Below, in pieces: positions 11,531-23,325 of a stretch of 64,000 bases of DNA; position 1 is the first letter of the stretch; each line of letters starts with the position of its first letter. A model generated the notes under the pieces. It was not told the origin of the DNA. It saw only the letters and a list, made by a program, of their open reading frames with translations, and searched no databases. The DNA lies in the NCBI GenBank assembly GCA_025594325.1, contig JANHCV010000005.1:682001-746000 (forward strand), given 5' to 3'. A program made the translations under genes and the position numbers. Source of the stretch: Blastocladiella emersonii ATCC 22665 (lineage: Eukaryota > Fungi > Blastocladiomycota).

Positions 11531-14441
11531 ACTAGCGAACCGCCGCGTGACGCTCGACGCCGCTGACTTGAGCTGATCGTTCGCGTCGCGTCGCGCCGCG
11601 TCGCGGCGTGTCGTGTTGTGGCTGGCCGGAGCTTGGTGGTCGTCAACCGACGGGGAAGACCACCGCGCGCGCGTGGTGTTGTCGCGGAAGTCGAGCCGTC
11701 GTCATTGAGAGCACAGCACCGTGTTGAGCGTGAGCTTGGCCATGGACCGCAGTTGATGAAGTCGATGATCGAGACGGTGGCGGCGGCCGTTGCAGTTCTG
11801 GAACGACCAACGTCGAGGCGCCCTGCCGCTTCTTGAAGTCGTCAAAGAGGGGGGAAATTGAGCTTCGACAAGGGCAACGAGTGCGTGAGGCTCAGCCCGG
11901 CTCGACCTGGCGCCACGCGTAGCGTCGGTCGGTCGAGGAGTCGTGGTGTCGTGCTCGCCCTAGCTCCGAGCGACGCGTCAGTCACGTTTCTGTGGGTGGC
12001 AGCAAGCACTTTGCGCGTACCGTACGCTACCCCGCGGCTCGGCTTGAACTTGGTGCGCGTGGTCTCGGGGATGGACGACGACGATGGCCAGCTTGGACTG
12101 CTGCTGCTGCTGCTGCTCCTTGCTGGACAATCCGCGGCCCGAGCGAGTCATCATGGTCACGCCCATGGCCATGGCCGCGCGCTGGATCTTGATCAGCTAG
12201 CGAGTCCTCGAGCCAGTGCGTGCGTGTCGAGCTTCTCGATGAGCGCGAGCTTGCCTACGCCGGATGCTGCTGCTGCTGGCCTTGAACGCGCGCATACTGG
12301 TGCTCGGGTCGCCGTGTGTTGCTGAGGAGCACGAGTCGCCGGAATCGAGAGTCACGGCGAGGATCTGGAGAAGAAATGCAGCATCAGCGAGATGTGAGTG
12401 CTCATCAGTGATACTTTTCGCGTCGACCTAAGCGAAGCGACGACACGTACCATTCATTCAGGGCAATGTACGCCGCCCGCCGTCTTGGACTTGCGCCACA
12501 CGGTCGTTCGAGGAGCGTCATGCCGTACGTGGAACGTGAGCGTCGAGCGCGGCCGACTTGCGGCGTCGGCGTAGCGTGTTGTTGCCGCAGTAGTAGCCGA
12601 GCGAGTCGGTCCCTCGAACTTGCGCGCACAACTCCCGCCGCGGGCAGCCGCGCAACGGATACTACAGGATCGGACATGGGTACGCGATGAGTGCATGGCG
12701 GCCACTACGAGACCATGAAAACTCGTACCGTCGCTCTGCTTGAGAGGCAAACGTCGAGAGGAAGCGGCCTCGCTGCGAGAACTGGGCGAGAAACACGAGG
12801 AGCAGTTGATGATCGCGGAACAGCCCGTCATCGCCGCAGCCAGTACGCCCGAGTGCGAGCTCGAAGTTGTCGCTGCTACGCGGAAGCCGCCGACCCAGGT
12901 CAGTGACAAGCCGAGCGATGGATGTCGTGAGCACACGCGCACCGGAACCGATCAGCAGTCGCTACTGAACGTACGCGATCCGCGTCGAGCTTGACCTGCA
13001 TCTTGACGCATCGATCCCAGACGGCGACGCGGTTCGATGACAGCGCCGCGAGTCGGAGCATGTACCAGCTGGACGGTGAGGAGGAGGAGCGTGGATGCCT
13101 GCTTAGAACGATGTGCGCCGCATCAGCAGACGCCGCTAAGCGTGCCCTTTTCGTACCAGATGTAGCAAAGGTGCCGCCGCCGAACATGACCGCGAACTCG
13201 AAGATTGTCGCTGGCGGGGAGGCAGGGATCGTGATACGGTAGTCATGTGGCCACGCCCGATCAGCACACACGGACGGACGAGCGGGTCAGTATCGACGGC
13301 GCGGGACTGGTGCGACTACTCGCGTACCCGTCCATGGAACGGCCGACCGCGTCCGAGTACGCGGTCTTGCGAAGAGAGTGATCTCGCGCGTTGTGCGACG
13401 TGGGGCGCGGGTCGCGAGCACGACGAGTAGTTGTGGGTGATGTTGCAGGGACACGCGTGCGGAAGGGGAAGGGTTGATGGCATTGCAAGGAGTCGACGGG
13501 TTGTGACGAGAGAACAAGTTTTCCGACGCGTCGGCGCGACGCGTCTCTGGATACAAGCGCGGGTGGCGCGTCTCTCCGACGCGTATCCGACAGCTGCGAG
13601 ACAATTTTGCGCGCGCACCTGACTCCCGGTGACCGTCATGCAGAGCGACTTTCGCCTCGCGTCGACCTCAGGATCACCAAACGAGGCTCCACCAAGTCGC
13701 TCATGCTGACACGGGAGCTCATCGCGTGCACTGGCACGGCCGTGGACCCGTCGAGTTGTTCCACGATGCGCGCGGGTGAGCGCGTTGCGCCACAGCCGCA
13801 CGGGACACGCCGTGGCGTCACCGCGCTTCTCACCCACGCTGACGACAGCGGCCGTCCCGCCCTCCGTCTCTCCCTCGCCGGCGCGTTCACAGGCGTCTGA
13901 GGGTGCCATGGACCGCAATAAACCTCCGCGACTGCCCGCAACGGCGCCCCCGCGGCCGCCCTTACCGCCTGCCGCCTCTGCACGCGCGGGACACTGTGTG
14001 TCGGTTCGGGTCGCCGCGCGGGACTCGATCGGCGGTCGTAACTCTGCGTGACGCTCTTTGGGACGCCCTGACACGGCCGAGCGAGGAGATCGGGCCCCGA
14101 GTGGACGCCACGAAACGCCCCCTGTGCGCATCCAACGGGCACGATCGCCACCGCTCTCTGCACTCGCAGCGCTGCTCGGATCCGCTTCATGTCCACATCG
14201 ACTTCATGCCGCTCAGTCGCGAGCACAACAACTCGATCCATCTCGCGGCTCCCCGCCCATCCCGCCCTGCCGCATGTCGCTCGCCTCGCGACCCCACCTC
14301 ATCGTCGGCGGGTCCGACGGTGGAAGCCTTACATTTTGCTGCATGACTTCAAGGGAGAGAACTTGATCCGACGAGCGTTGCAACTGCTCAACGACGTCCA
14401 CGGACGCCTTCCGATGCAACGCGCACGCCGTTTCCTCTCGA

Positions 14442-14471
14442 CGCGTCGCGTCGCGTCGCGTCGCGTCGCGT
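14442..14471 (+). repeat. (CGCGT)6 tandem repeat; a related imperfect tract lies at 11582-11605
   Basis: Read directly from the sequence. Confidence 0.9.
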
Positions 14472-15442
14472 GAGATGGCCGCGAACATCGGCCCCCCGCC
14501 GGGTTAACTCACGCGATCTTCGCCCTTGTTCTTCTGTGCGCCATGTCAGCGGTGCCTGTTGCTCAGCCAGAGTGCTGCCAACGGCCCTCACAGCGTGGAG
14601 TGCCGAGCCCGACGTCGCCATGAACGCCGCGTCGAGCCGGCGGTCCTCGCTCCCCCTCTCGCCGCTCCACCGCGAACGAATCCCTTGAAGCACAACCACC
14701 ACTTGCTGCATTATGCTTTTCGGACCCTCACCATGCGCTGGTCGCCGTGGGCAGCCAGGACACCTGTGCCGAATGTACACCATGCTTCGCCCTGGGTCCC
14801 GACTCACGCAACGTACATGCATGGTACAGGCTCTCGCTCCCCTGCTCTGAGTACTTCCTTACTTGACGTGAGTATTGCGCTCACATACGAGTTGCTCAGA
14901 ACCCGCAGTGCTCATGCAAATTGACGTTACGCTCGACGTCCCGCTCAACGGCGCTGCCGCGTCCCGCTGACAGGCACCACGCGTCTCGGAGCACCTCCTA
15001 GTCGAGCTTTCGTCAGCTTTGGTTGCATCGGATGCTAGGCTGGACCACAAGTATGTCACCTCGCACGGCCCCAACAGCCCCTCTTGGGGTTCTCGAACTG
15101 CCGGCGTGCCGCTTGACTTTCTCATCCGCCCCGTCCGCAGCCACCCCTGACGTGATGCCAGCTTGTGTTTGACAGCCCGCGACAGGTGCTCTTTGCGCAT
15201 GAGCGGGAGCGCACAGGGTTAGTTATGGTTACTTCGTTGCGCTCGGCTGTCGCCGCGTGTTACCACTGCATCGGTCCGCCGCCTGCCGTCCAGGTCCGCA
15301 CCGGACTGATTGCGTCGAACGAAAACTTGAGTGCGGCGACGTGGCTTCAGACACTCGCTGCGCACGCGGTCGCCGGCTGAGAGCTGTGTTCGATCACACT
15401 GCTGAGCATGCCGAGCATTATGACCACCACGCGCACAAGTTG

Positions 15443-15990
15443 CACCACGCCCGCCTCGGCAAGGCGAGCCTGCTGGTCTTGCGCATCTGCGTTCGCACCG
15501 TGTCGCGCGGCCCGTCCAAACGGAAAGAGTGGCTCGTCATCCTGGCGTACCGCGCGGAAGTGCGCGACATGCTTCGAGTGCCGCGACATTGGCTTCGACG
15601 TGATTCCTTGGTAGCCTCTCGCCAGCGTTCCGCTCCCGAAACATGAGCAAGTCGACGTTCGCAGGACTGGCACGTTGCACATCGTCATCCACTTGATGGA
15701 GCCGTTGGTCCGCTGACAAGTTAGACGAGGCGGTGGAGATGTTGAGCGCGGACTGCGCCAAAGCGATCGTGGCGGCGACCTACGACCGCACCATTGCGGC
15801 GAGGTGGTGCACAGCGTTCCAGTATCGCAGGTCGCGCTCACGTTGTTCCTCGCCAAGCCTGAGATCACAGTACCGATCGTTGGCATCATCAAGGTTGCGT
15901 ACCTCGAGGGCAAGGTCGCCGCGCTCTCGGTCACGCTCGCGGCCGAGGAGAAGGCCATCCTCGAGGCGCGGTGCTTGCCCGTCCCGCGTT
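15443..15990 (+). pseudogene. Degraded aldo-keto reductase (aryl-alcohol-dehydrogenase-like)
   Basis: Three colinear AKR-like segments in shifting frames: HHARLGKASLLVLRICVRTVSRGPSKRKEW, CRDIGFDVIPW*PLA (TAG 15612-15614 in place of the Ser of WSPL), and VSQVALTLFLAKPEITVPIVGIIKVAYLEGKVAALSVTLAAEEKAILE; large internal deletions. Confidence 0.75.
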
Positions 15991-16265
15991 GCTGCAACTT
16001 TTGGGAAAGGCTGCGGCCGCTGGAGGTGTATGCCATCATATACAGCGTACTCAGTGCACGAGTCTTTTGGTTATACATGTTCGTCATGCTCATACTTTCG
16101 AAACGGTCCCGTCTTTCAGGCTGAAGCGGATCACTCTGCGGGCGCGATGCGCCACACACGTGTGCAGAGTTCCCACGCTTCGTTGGAGGCGTTCGTCGTG
16201 TCTTTTCGCGATCGCGCCCTCCGCTCCTCCTCTCCTTCCTGTTCGTTGCTTGACCACATTTTGCA

Positions 16266-17885
16266 ATGAAGACATCGTTTAAGATACCGCACTTGACCGA
16301 CATCGTCCTATGCATGGCTGTGTCGCTCGATCCGCCGTCCGACGTGAGCGCGGCCCGCAAGTATCTGCGCGTCATGCCGCGTGCTCTCATCCCCGACACC
16401 TATCGACTCGTGGCCCAGTCTATTTTGTACCCTTGCTGGGGAGCGTTCATGTCCTCGAGCACCAAGACTTCCAACTTTGGCATCATGTTGCTCGCGCCCG
16501 ACATCGAGTCTGACCAAGTCACCACCCTCGAAATCTATACCCGAGACATATCCGATTGGGGTATTCGTCGGCTTGCCAAGGCTTTCAGCGGCGCCTCGCA
16601 GTGCATTACAGACGTCTCGCTCGTCAACTGCGGCCTTGAACTTCACCACGTCCGCCTCCTCCAGCTTCCCAGTACGGTTTTGCATCGCAATCTCTCTCAT
16701 AACCCGCTGGGCGCGACGGACGCTCGGCAGCTGGAGCGCAAGATCAAGCCAATCAAGCACACCCGTTATTGCCATCGTCTTAACGGAGGGCGGCCGAAAA
16801 ACTGCGAAAGACAGTGCGCTCAGCAGAACATGATCCGCATCCAGCATAACCAGGACATCGAGTCGCAAATTGAGTCAATCGACAACACCGCCTTCGAAAT
16901 CGGCAACTGGCTTCCTCCCGCCTTGGTCACCTTGACTCTCCGTGGCATCACGGGGCCCGAGCAGACGCTGGTGCCGCTTTTCGAGATCGGCCCGTTCCCC
17001 GCCACGCTCGAATCGCTAGACCTTGCGCAGAACGACCTCATTGATGGGGCCTTTATAGCCCTCAATGCTGCTCTCCCAACCGGGCTGCAAACCCTCAATC
17101 TCGACTCTTGCCGCCTCAGCGAAGCCTCATATGATGAATCCAACGCTTTGCCGCCTTCCCTTACTTTTATCAACCTTCGGAGCAACATGTTGATGGAAGA
17201 AGCCTCCTTCTTTCTCTCAAAGTACCTTCTCCCGAGCCTGACCACCCTGATTCTCACTGGATACGGAGTTGATTCCTGGCTCGAGCTCGCCCCACTCCTT
17301 CCACCGCAGCTCGAGGTGTTCAAGCTCATTGACCACTTGCCCGAGGACGACCACAGTTACGCGCGGCACCAATCGGACGAATACGAGGTGCTGATTGACG
17401 CGCTTCCTAGCACGCTTAAGCGACTCGCGCTTAACATGTATCCCGCGCGCTACGACCGGCCGTTCACCTATTTGGTCGAGCACCTTCCGCCTTGCCTCAA
17501 GACGCTGGACATTTCCACATGGGCCATCAAGCGCCGCGGCCTCTGGGCGCTCACGCGGTACGCGCTCCCGCACACGCTTACACGAATCAACTGCTGCGAC
17601 CGCGCGGGTGACGAGTTTTTCCAGGTCCTTGCCCGCCGGCTGCCCACCACGCTTACCCTGCACAAGGCAGGCGATCAGCCGCGCACTTGGATGGGCCAAG
17701 GCGATTCAACTGGGCCCGTGTGGAAATTCTGCCGCGACCCAGCTGACGACTCGGGCGACGAAGAACCGGGCCGCGACCATGGACTCGAGTACTGGGAAAC
17801 CGGCTCCGACCATGGTAGTAGTCATGAACTCGAGGAATCGGAGCTCGAGGAATCGGAATTCGATTCAAGCGAGTATAGCGAGTAA
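16266..17885 (+). CDS. RNI-like leucine-rich-repeat protein with an acidic tail
   Basis: Intronless 539-aa ORF with repeats LESLDLAQNDL, LQTLNLDSCRL, LTFINLRSNML, LTTLILTG, LKRLALN and LKTLDIS, each preceded by LP/FP. Confidence 0.8.
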   Translation: MKTSFKIPHLTDIVLCMAVSLDPPSDVSAARKYLRVMPRALIPDTYRLVAQSILYPCWGAFMSSSTKTSNFGIMLLAPDIESDQVTTLEIYTRDISDWGIRRLAKAFSGASQCITDVSLVNCGLELHHVRLLQLPSTVLHRNLSHNPLGATDARQLERKIKPIKHTRYCHRLNGGRPKNCERQCAQQNMIRIQHNQDIESQIESIDNTAFEIGNWLPPALVTLTLRGITGPEQTLVPLFEIGPFPATLESLDLAQNDLIDGAFIALNAALPTGLQTLNLDSCRLSEASYDESNALPPSLTFINLRSNMLMEEASFFLSKYLLPSLTTLILTGYGVDSWLELAPLLPPQLEVFKLIDHLPEDDHSYARHQSDEYEVLIDALPSTLKRLALNMYPARYDRPFTYLVEHLPPCLKTLDISTWAIKRRGLWALTRYALPHTLTRINCCDRAGDEFFQVLARRLPTTLTLHKAGDQPRTWMGQGDSTGPVWKFCRDPADDSGDEEPGRDHGLEYWETGSDHGSSHELEESELEESEFDSSEYSE

Positions 17886-18320
17886 GCCCGCGCCCGCGTC
17901 TCTTTTTAATTTTGTTTGCAGTTTAATGTTTGTGCATAAAGCTGAGTTTATGCCCTAAAACATCTTCTTCTCAAGCGATCATTTTGCTATGTTGCTTTGA
18001 AACGCTCGCCGTCGTGCTCGCGCGAGGCTTGAGACGCGTCGATTTATCACGTTTCGGGCACGTGACCGCGAGACACCTTGGTCTTTGGCTCTTCGTCGCC
18101 GCGCTTCGCGTTCCTTAAGTGCTTCTATTGCTCTCGCAGGTCATGACGCGCATTTTTCATTCGAGACGCGTGAGATGGGGTAGATGTAACATAGTTCTTG
18201 CGCTGCGACCACGGCTCGCACGAATCAAGTTTTTGCTCACGAACGCTCAGACGACTGGAATTGTGAACTCTCAGATTATACATTTCAAACTTTGTGGTGA
18301 TACCTCGCAACCTAGCGGAA

Positions 18321-19992
18321 TCACAGGTGAAGTCTGACCGCCTTGCTTGCTTCCGGCGCGATGCGCGCGAACTCGCTTGCGACCCAGTCCAAATCCGCGG
18401 TCGGGTCATCGTTTGCGAACAGCTTGCAAACCAGGTCAGCCAAGTCCTTGGGCTCATCGAGGCCGTCCAGAGCAACTTTCGGAATCAAGCGCAGAATGGC
18501 GACCGTGATCCCGTTGTTGGCTGCGAACGCCTCGTCGCAGAGTCTGTCGTACGCTTGCTGCGGATCCACCGTGAAGAGAAGGCGCGCGATGAGCCGAGCG
18601 GATTTGAACTGGTTGTATGCGGTGCAAGCTGGTTGATCCGTGTGGTCGCGGCCGATTCGCGCAAGCTCGCAGAGCCGCGCCCAAACGTTGTCAACGGCGA
18701 CGGGAAGGAAGCCCTCCAGGCTGATCGACCCGCCCAGCTTTGCGAGTTTGCGAAATGCTTTGCGCCAAGTCTTGTGCGAAAAGGTGTGGCAAGTAGGACA
18801 GGTCGGAACGTTAAGGCCGAGCAGATGGACGGTAGACTCAGCCGTGTGAGGCTGAAGTGCGCCCAGGGCCATGACGAGCAAGTAGAGGCGAAGTTGCGCG
18901 CCGAGTTCACCTCGGCACATACGGCTCTTGAGCCAATGCCACCTTCCGTAGACGTGGAATGCGGACATGACGAGCGAAGCGATATCGAGCGACGTTGACC
19001 ATACCAGAGCCCGGTTCGACGGGTTGGAAGAAAGCACTTCGTAGGGAGACCTCGTGTCCGACGTTGACAGCAAAGTGCACATAGTCGTCACACACGGCCC
19101 CGGGCAGTTGCGAAACGTGTTCGACAACCCAAGCCAAGAGGTGGTTGAAGCGCTTGGCAGCGTACAAGGTGCCCGCGGCGGCCATTCCTACGTGAAGCAC
19201 GGGGCTGAAGGTATTCTTGGCGCGGAGCAAGCAAGAAAGAGCCGTCACATCCACCGCTAAACAAGGGTCCTCGACAAGCTGTCAAAAGGTTGAGTGTTTC
19301 CACGACATGAGGGCAAGATACCCGAGCGCGTCGATATATCGGAGCGGAGTCGAAACGGCGGGGTAGGCCGCGAGGTCGATCGTGAAGTAATCATGAACGA
19401 GTGATAGCCACTCGCTGACCTCGAGCTCGACTTGGAACAGCTGCGGCATCGCGGATGATACGTCGTTGAGAATGTGCTGCAGTGGATCCGTCCATTCGAA
19501 CACGGCAGAAGCGAACATGATCTGCACAAGCGTGGCCAGCGGGTTCATGATGATCGGGTTGGTCGCCTGCATGGCCGACGTGCGAGCGAGACGCGCGCGG
19601 AGCGCGGCCGGGTTGATATCGCTCGCTCGGACACGGCGACGCGCAAGTTCGGCCAATGTCACAAGGACGGGGGTCGGCGCTGCGGCGTGGTCGCAAGGCT
19701 CACCACTAGGGTCTCGAACGATCGTCCGAAGATCAAGCTCGAACCCCAGCAGGCGATCGTAGGCGACTCAAGGCGATGGAATTACCAAGTCGTGCCACTT
19801 GTAAAGCCGGCCCACGGCGGTGATACACCAGACCATGCGAGTGTGGTCATCCAGAGCAAGAACATGAAGCGACGCTGAAGAGGCTGCGATCCTCGCGCAC
19901 GGTTGCGCGAGGTCAAGGACGACGGTCACCAGTTCCGCGGGAAGCTGTGCAAGCGAGAGCTGGCCGCCTGGGCCTAGTTCATTTGTTTGCAT
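18321..19992 (-). pseudogene. Family X copy B: two in-frame TGA stops plus a large internal deletion with frameshift
   Basis: Starts MQTNELGPGGQLSLAQLPAELVTVVLDLAQP; TGA at 19768-19770 and 19282-19284 with homology continuing in frame; near 19050 it jumps from VHFAVNVGHE to VLSSNPSN; ends EFARIAPEASKAVRLHL. Confidence 0.85.
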
Positions 19993-20242
19993 CTAGTCGT
20001 TTCTCCTTGCTGCATGAGTTGGGTTCAGGGTCGGAGAGCAAGGATGCTCGCGAGTCGAGCAGGAAGCGGCCTGAGGGCGGCAGCCTGCAACGACGACTGC
20101 GCCATCCACGGGAGCCTTTTTCGTCACGACCTTACTCGTGCCTGAAGCCACGTTGAATGGGTGAACAAGTAGTATCTTAAGGTCAAATAATGCGAATGGG
20201 GGTAGGGGAGAGAAGACGAGACGGAGCAGCAGCCGATCAAGC

Positions 20243-21819
20243 TTACTCAATGAGCTTGGTGACGACGGCGGTACCGACGGTCTTACCGCCCTCGCGGATG
20301 GTGAAGCGCTGGCCCTCCTCGATGGCCACGTCGGAGACGAGCTCGACGGACAGGGTGACGTTGTCGCCGGGCATGACCATGTGCTCGGGGTCCTCGGGGT
20401 GCTACACGGTGCGACGAGAGGAGAGTCAGCGGACCATCAAATGAACGCGATCCCGAGCAGAGCAGTACCTTGAGGGTGGCGGTGACGTCGCAGGTGCGGA
20501 GGAAGACCTGGGGGCGGTAGTTGTCGGTGAAGGGGGTGTGGCGGCCGCCCTCCTCCTTGGTGAGGATGTAGAACTGGGCGAGGAACTTCTTGTGCGACTT
20601 GACCGAGCCGGGCACGACAATGACCTGGCCCTTCTTGACGCCCTCGCGCTTGATACCGCGGAGCAGGATGCCCATGTTGTCGCCGGCCTGGCCGCGGTCG
20701 AGCTCCTTCTTGAACATCTCGATGCCCGTCACAATGGTCTTGGTGGTGTTGCCGAAACCGACAATCTCGACCTCGGCGCCCTTGAGGATGGTACCGCGCT
20801 CGACACGGCCCGTGACGACGGTGCCGCGGCCCGAGATGGAGAAGACATCCTCGATGGGCATGAGGAAGGGCTTGTCGAGGTCGCGGACGGGGGTCGGGAT
20901 CCACGCGTCGACGGCGTCCATGAGCTTGATGATGGCGTCCTCGCCGATCTCCTTCTTGCGGCCCTCGAGCGCGCACAGGGCGGACCCCATGATGACGGGG
21001 GTGTCGTCGCCGTTGAAGCCGTAGGTGCCGAGCAGCTCGCGCATCTCCATCTCGACGAGGTCGAGCATCTCGGGGTCGTCGATGGCGTCGACCTTGTTGA
21101 CGAAGACGACGAGGTTCGAGATCCCGACCTGCTTGGCGAGCAGCAGGTGCTCGCGGGTCTGCGGCATCTGGCCGTCGGTCGCGGACACGACGATGATGGC
21201 GCCGTCCATCTGCGCGGCACCCGTGATCATGTTCTTGATGTAATCGGCGTGCCCGGGGCAGTCGACGTGCGCGTAGTGGCGGGCGCCCGTCTCGTACTCG
21301 ACGTGCGCCGTCGAGATGGTGATACCGCGCGCGCGCTCCTCGGGCGCCTTGTCGATGGCCGAGTAGTCCTTGAACTCGGCGCCGCCCTTGGACGCCAGCA
21401 CCTTGGTGATGGCCGCCGTCAGCGTCGTCTTGCCGTGGTCGACGTGGCCGATGGTACCGATGTTGACGTGCGGCTTGGACCGGTCGAAGGTCGACATGAG
21501 GCGCGACGAGCGCGTCGTCATGCGGGCAACCTGGGGCAGGGCCTTGGCCGCCTGGACGTGGTGCGTGCGAGGAGCGAGGTGAGCATGGATATGCCTCACG
21601 GCCACAGCGGGGTCCCACGTACGCGGAAGACGGTCGAGATCTGGCGAGCCGAGCGCATGGCGGTCGCGACGGCGATCGGGGCTACATCATCGCATAGTCG
21701 CGTTAGTCTCCTGTTCTCGCCGGGCATACAGCGGCAGCTCACGCACCGACCGCGACGCGGGGCTTGGCGGCGGCGGACCGCGCCTGCTGGGCGGCAGCAC
21801 GGGACAGGTGGCGGAACAT
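20243..21819 (-). CDS. TUF1: Mitochondrial elongation factor Tu; exons 21819-21747, 21681-21623, 21551-20469, 20401-20243
   Basis: [55 protein letters not shown] and C-terminal [10 protein letters not shown]; Arg/Ala-rich presequence split over three exons; three canonical introns. Confidence 0.97.
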
Positions 21820-22208
21820 GGTGCTGGTGGTTAGGACGAAGATGCAGAGCAAGCAGCGACGACGACGGCGGCTCGGCGGAGAGGAGCGGAGGCGACGAAG
21901 GTCGATGGGCAGGCGGCCGATGCACAGCAGGACCCGATCAACACGCTTCACCTGACCTGTGTTTTGGCTTGGTTTCCGCCGCGCGCCGCGATGTGCGAGA
22001 CAAAAAAAGTTCGCGCCCGCGTAGCGACGGGTCACGCCGCGTCACCTGGATCGAGTCGCGAACGCTGGTAGAGTCGCGTCGTCGTCGCCATCGACGCCCC
22101 TCGCCAACGCTGTACCTACCATCGAAATCCAGTGAGCGCGACGCCTGCGACGTCCCCCACACCCCACGCACTCGATCCACCCACCCACCCACCCAAACCG
22201 CCGCCACC

Positions 22209-23273
22209 ATGGGTCTCGCCGGTCCCCGCGTCAAGCAGCGCATCTCCGTGGACCCGCAGAACAAGTCGTGGGCCGAGGACACGGGCAAGTTTGGGTTCAC
22301 GATGCTGCAGAAGATGGGGTGGGACGCGGGCCGCGGGCTGGGCCGCGACCAGTCGGGCATGACCACCCACGTCAAGGTGTCGATGAAGCGCGACGCCGCG
22401 GGCGTCGGCGCCAAGGCCAACGCCGGCGATAACTGGCTCGCCAACACGGACGCCTTCTCGCGCCTGCTCGCCGACCTCAACGAGCGCGTCGGCAGCGAGG
22501 CGAGTTCGGCGGCCAGCTCGGACGCCGAGGCCGAGGAGAAGGCGGATGGCGAGGAGGAGGAGAACGACAGCAAGAAGGCGCGCAAGGAGAAGAAGGCGGC
22601 CAAGAAGGCCAAGAAGGAGGCCAAGAAGGAAGCCAAGCGCGCCAAGAAGGCGGGCAAGGCGGAGCCCTCGTCGGCCTCCCCCGCCCCTACACCCGCACCC
22701 GAGGAGACCGCGGCCCCGCGAAACGTGCTCGCCAACGCGCGGTACGCGGCGCGCGCCAAGTACCTCAAGAACAAGAAGCTGGCGACCGCGTCCGAGGAGT
22801 CCATCAACACGATCCTCGCGACCAAGAAGGCCGAGCAGCTCAAGGCCGAGGAGGCTGCGCGCGCCGCCCAGATGGCTGCCGCCGGTGTCGACACGACAGC
22901 ACCGTCGAGCGAGGCCGACGGTGACGAGTCGCGCGCCGCCGACTACGACTACGACGACGATGTCGACGACGCGCGCCCGACCATCGGCCTCGGCGCGCCC
23001 GCGTCCGCATCGTCGTCGACCGCCTCGCTCATGTCCATGTTCGTCTCCAGCGGCAGGCTCGGCGGCACCATGCCGACGCCCGTCGCGACGCCCGAGCCCG
23101 CGGCGGTGGCCGAGGAGGACGCCGCGTCCTCGTCGTCGTCCGACAAGTCCAGGAAGGCCGCCAAGGCGAGCAAAAAGGACAAGAAGGAGAAGAAGCGGTC
23201 GCGCGAGTCCGCCTCCTCGGACGCGAGCGAAGAGAAGGCGGCCAAGAAGCAGCGCAAGTCCAAGTCGTCGTGA
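22209..23273 (+). CDS. PXR1: G-patch protein Pxr1/PinX1 (rRNA processing)
   Basis: MGLAGPRVKQRISVDPQNKSWAEDTGKFGFTMLQKMGWDAGRGLG...GVGAK, followed by KKE-rich tails; divergent from TUF1 across a 390-bp spacer. Confidence 0.9.
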   Translation: MGLAGPRVKQRISVDPQNKSWAEDTGKFGFTMLQKMGWDAGRGLGRDQSGMTTHVKVSMKRDAAGVGAKANAGDNWLANTDAFSRLLADLNERVGSEASSAASSDAEAEEKADGEEEENDSKKARKEKKAAKKAKKEAKKEAKRAKKAGKAEPSSASPAPTPAPEETAAPRNVLANARYAARAKYLKNKKLATASEESINTILATKKAEQLKAEEAARAAQMAAAGVDTTAPSSEADGDESRAADYDYDDDVDDARPTIGLGAPASASSSTASLMSMFVSSGRLGGTMPTPVATPEPAAVAEEDAASSSSSDKSRKAAKASKKDKKEKKRSRESASSDASEEKAAKKQRKSKSS

Positions 23274-23325
23274 GCACACATGTACATTATAGATAAACAC
23301 TAGCCTACTCACCCCACTCCTCCTC

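Noticed and set aside
14150-14420. HVHIDFMPL...KPYILLHD resembling a retroviral integrase core start
   Set aside because: The match is too short, spans frames, and no LTR, RT or DDE continuation was found.
20538-22208. 911-aa plus-strand ORF appearing to extend Pxr1 N-terminally
   Set aside because: The first part is the stop-poor antisense shadow of GC3-rich EF-Tu plus the spacer; recognisable Pxr1 begins at ATG 22209.
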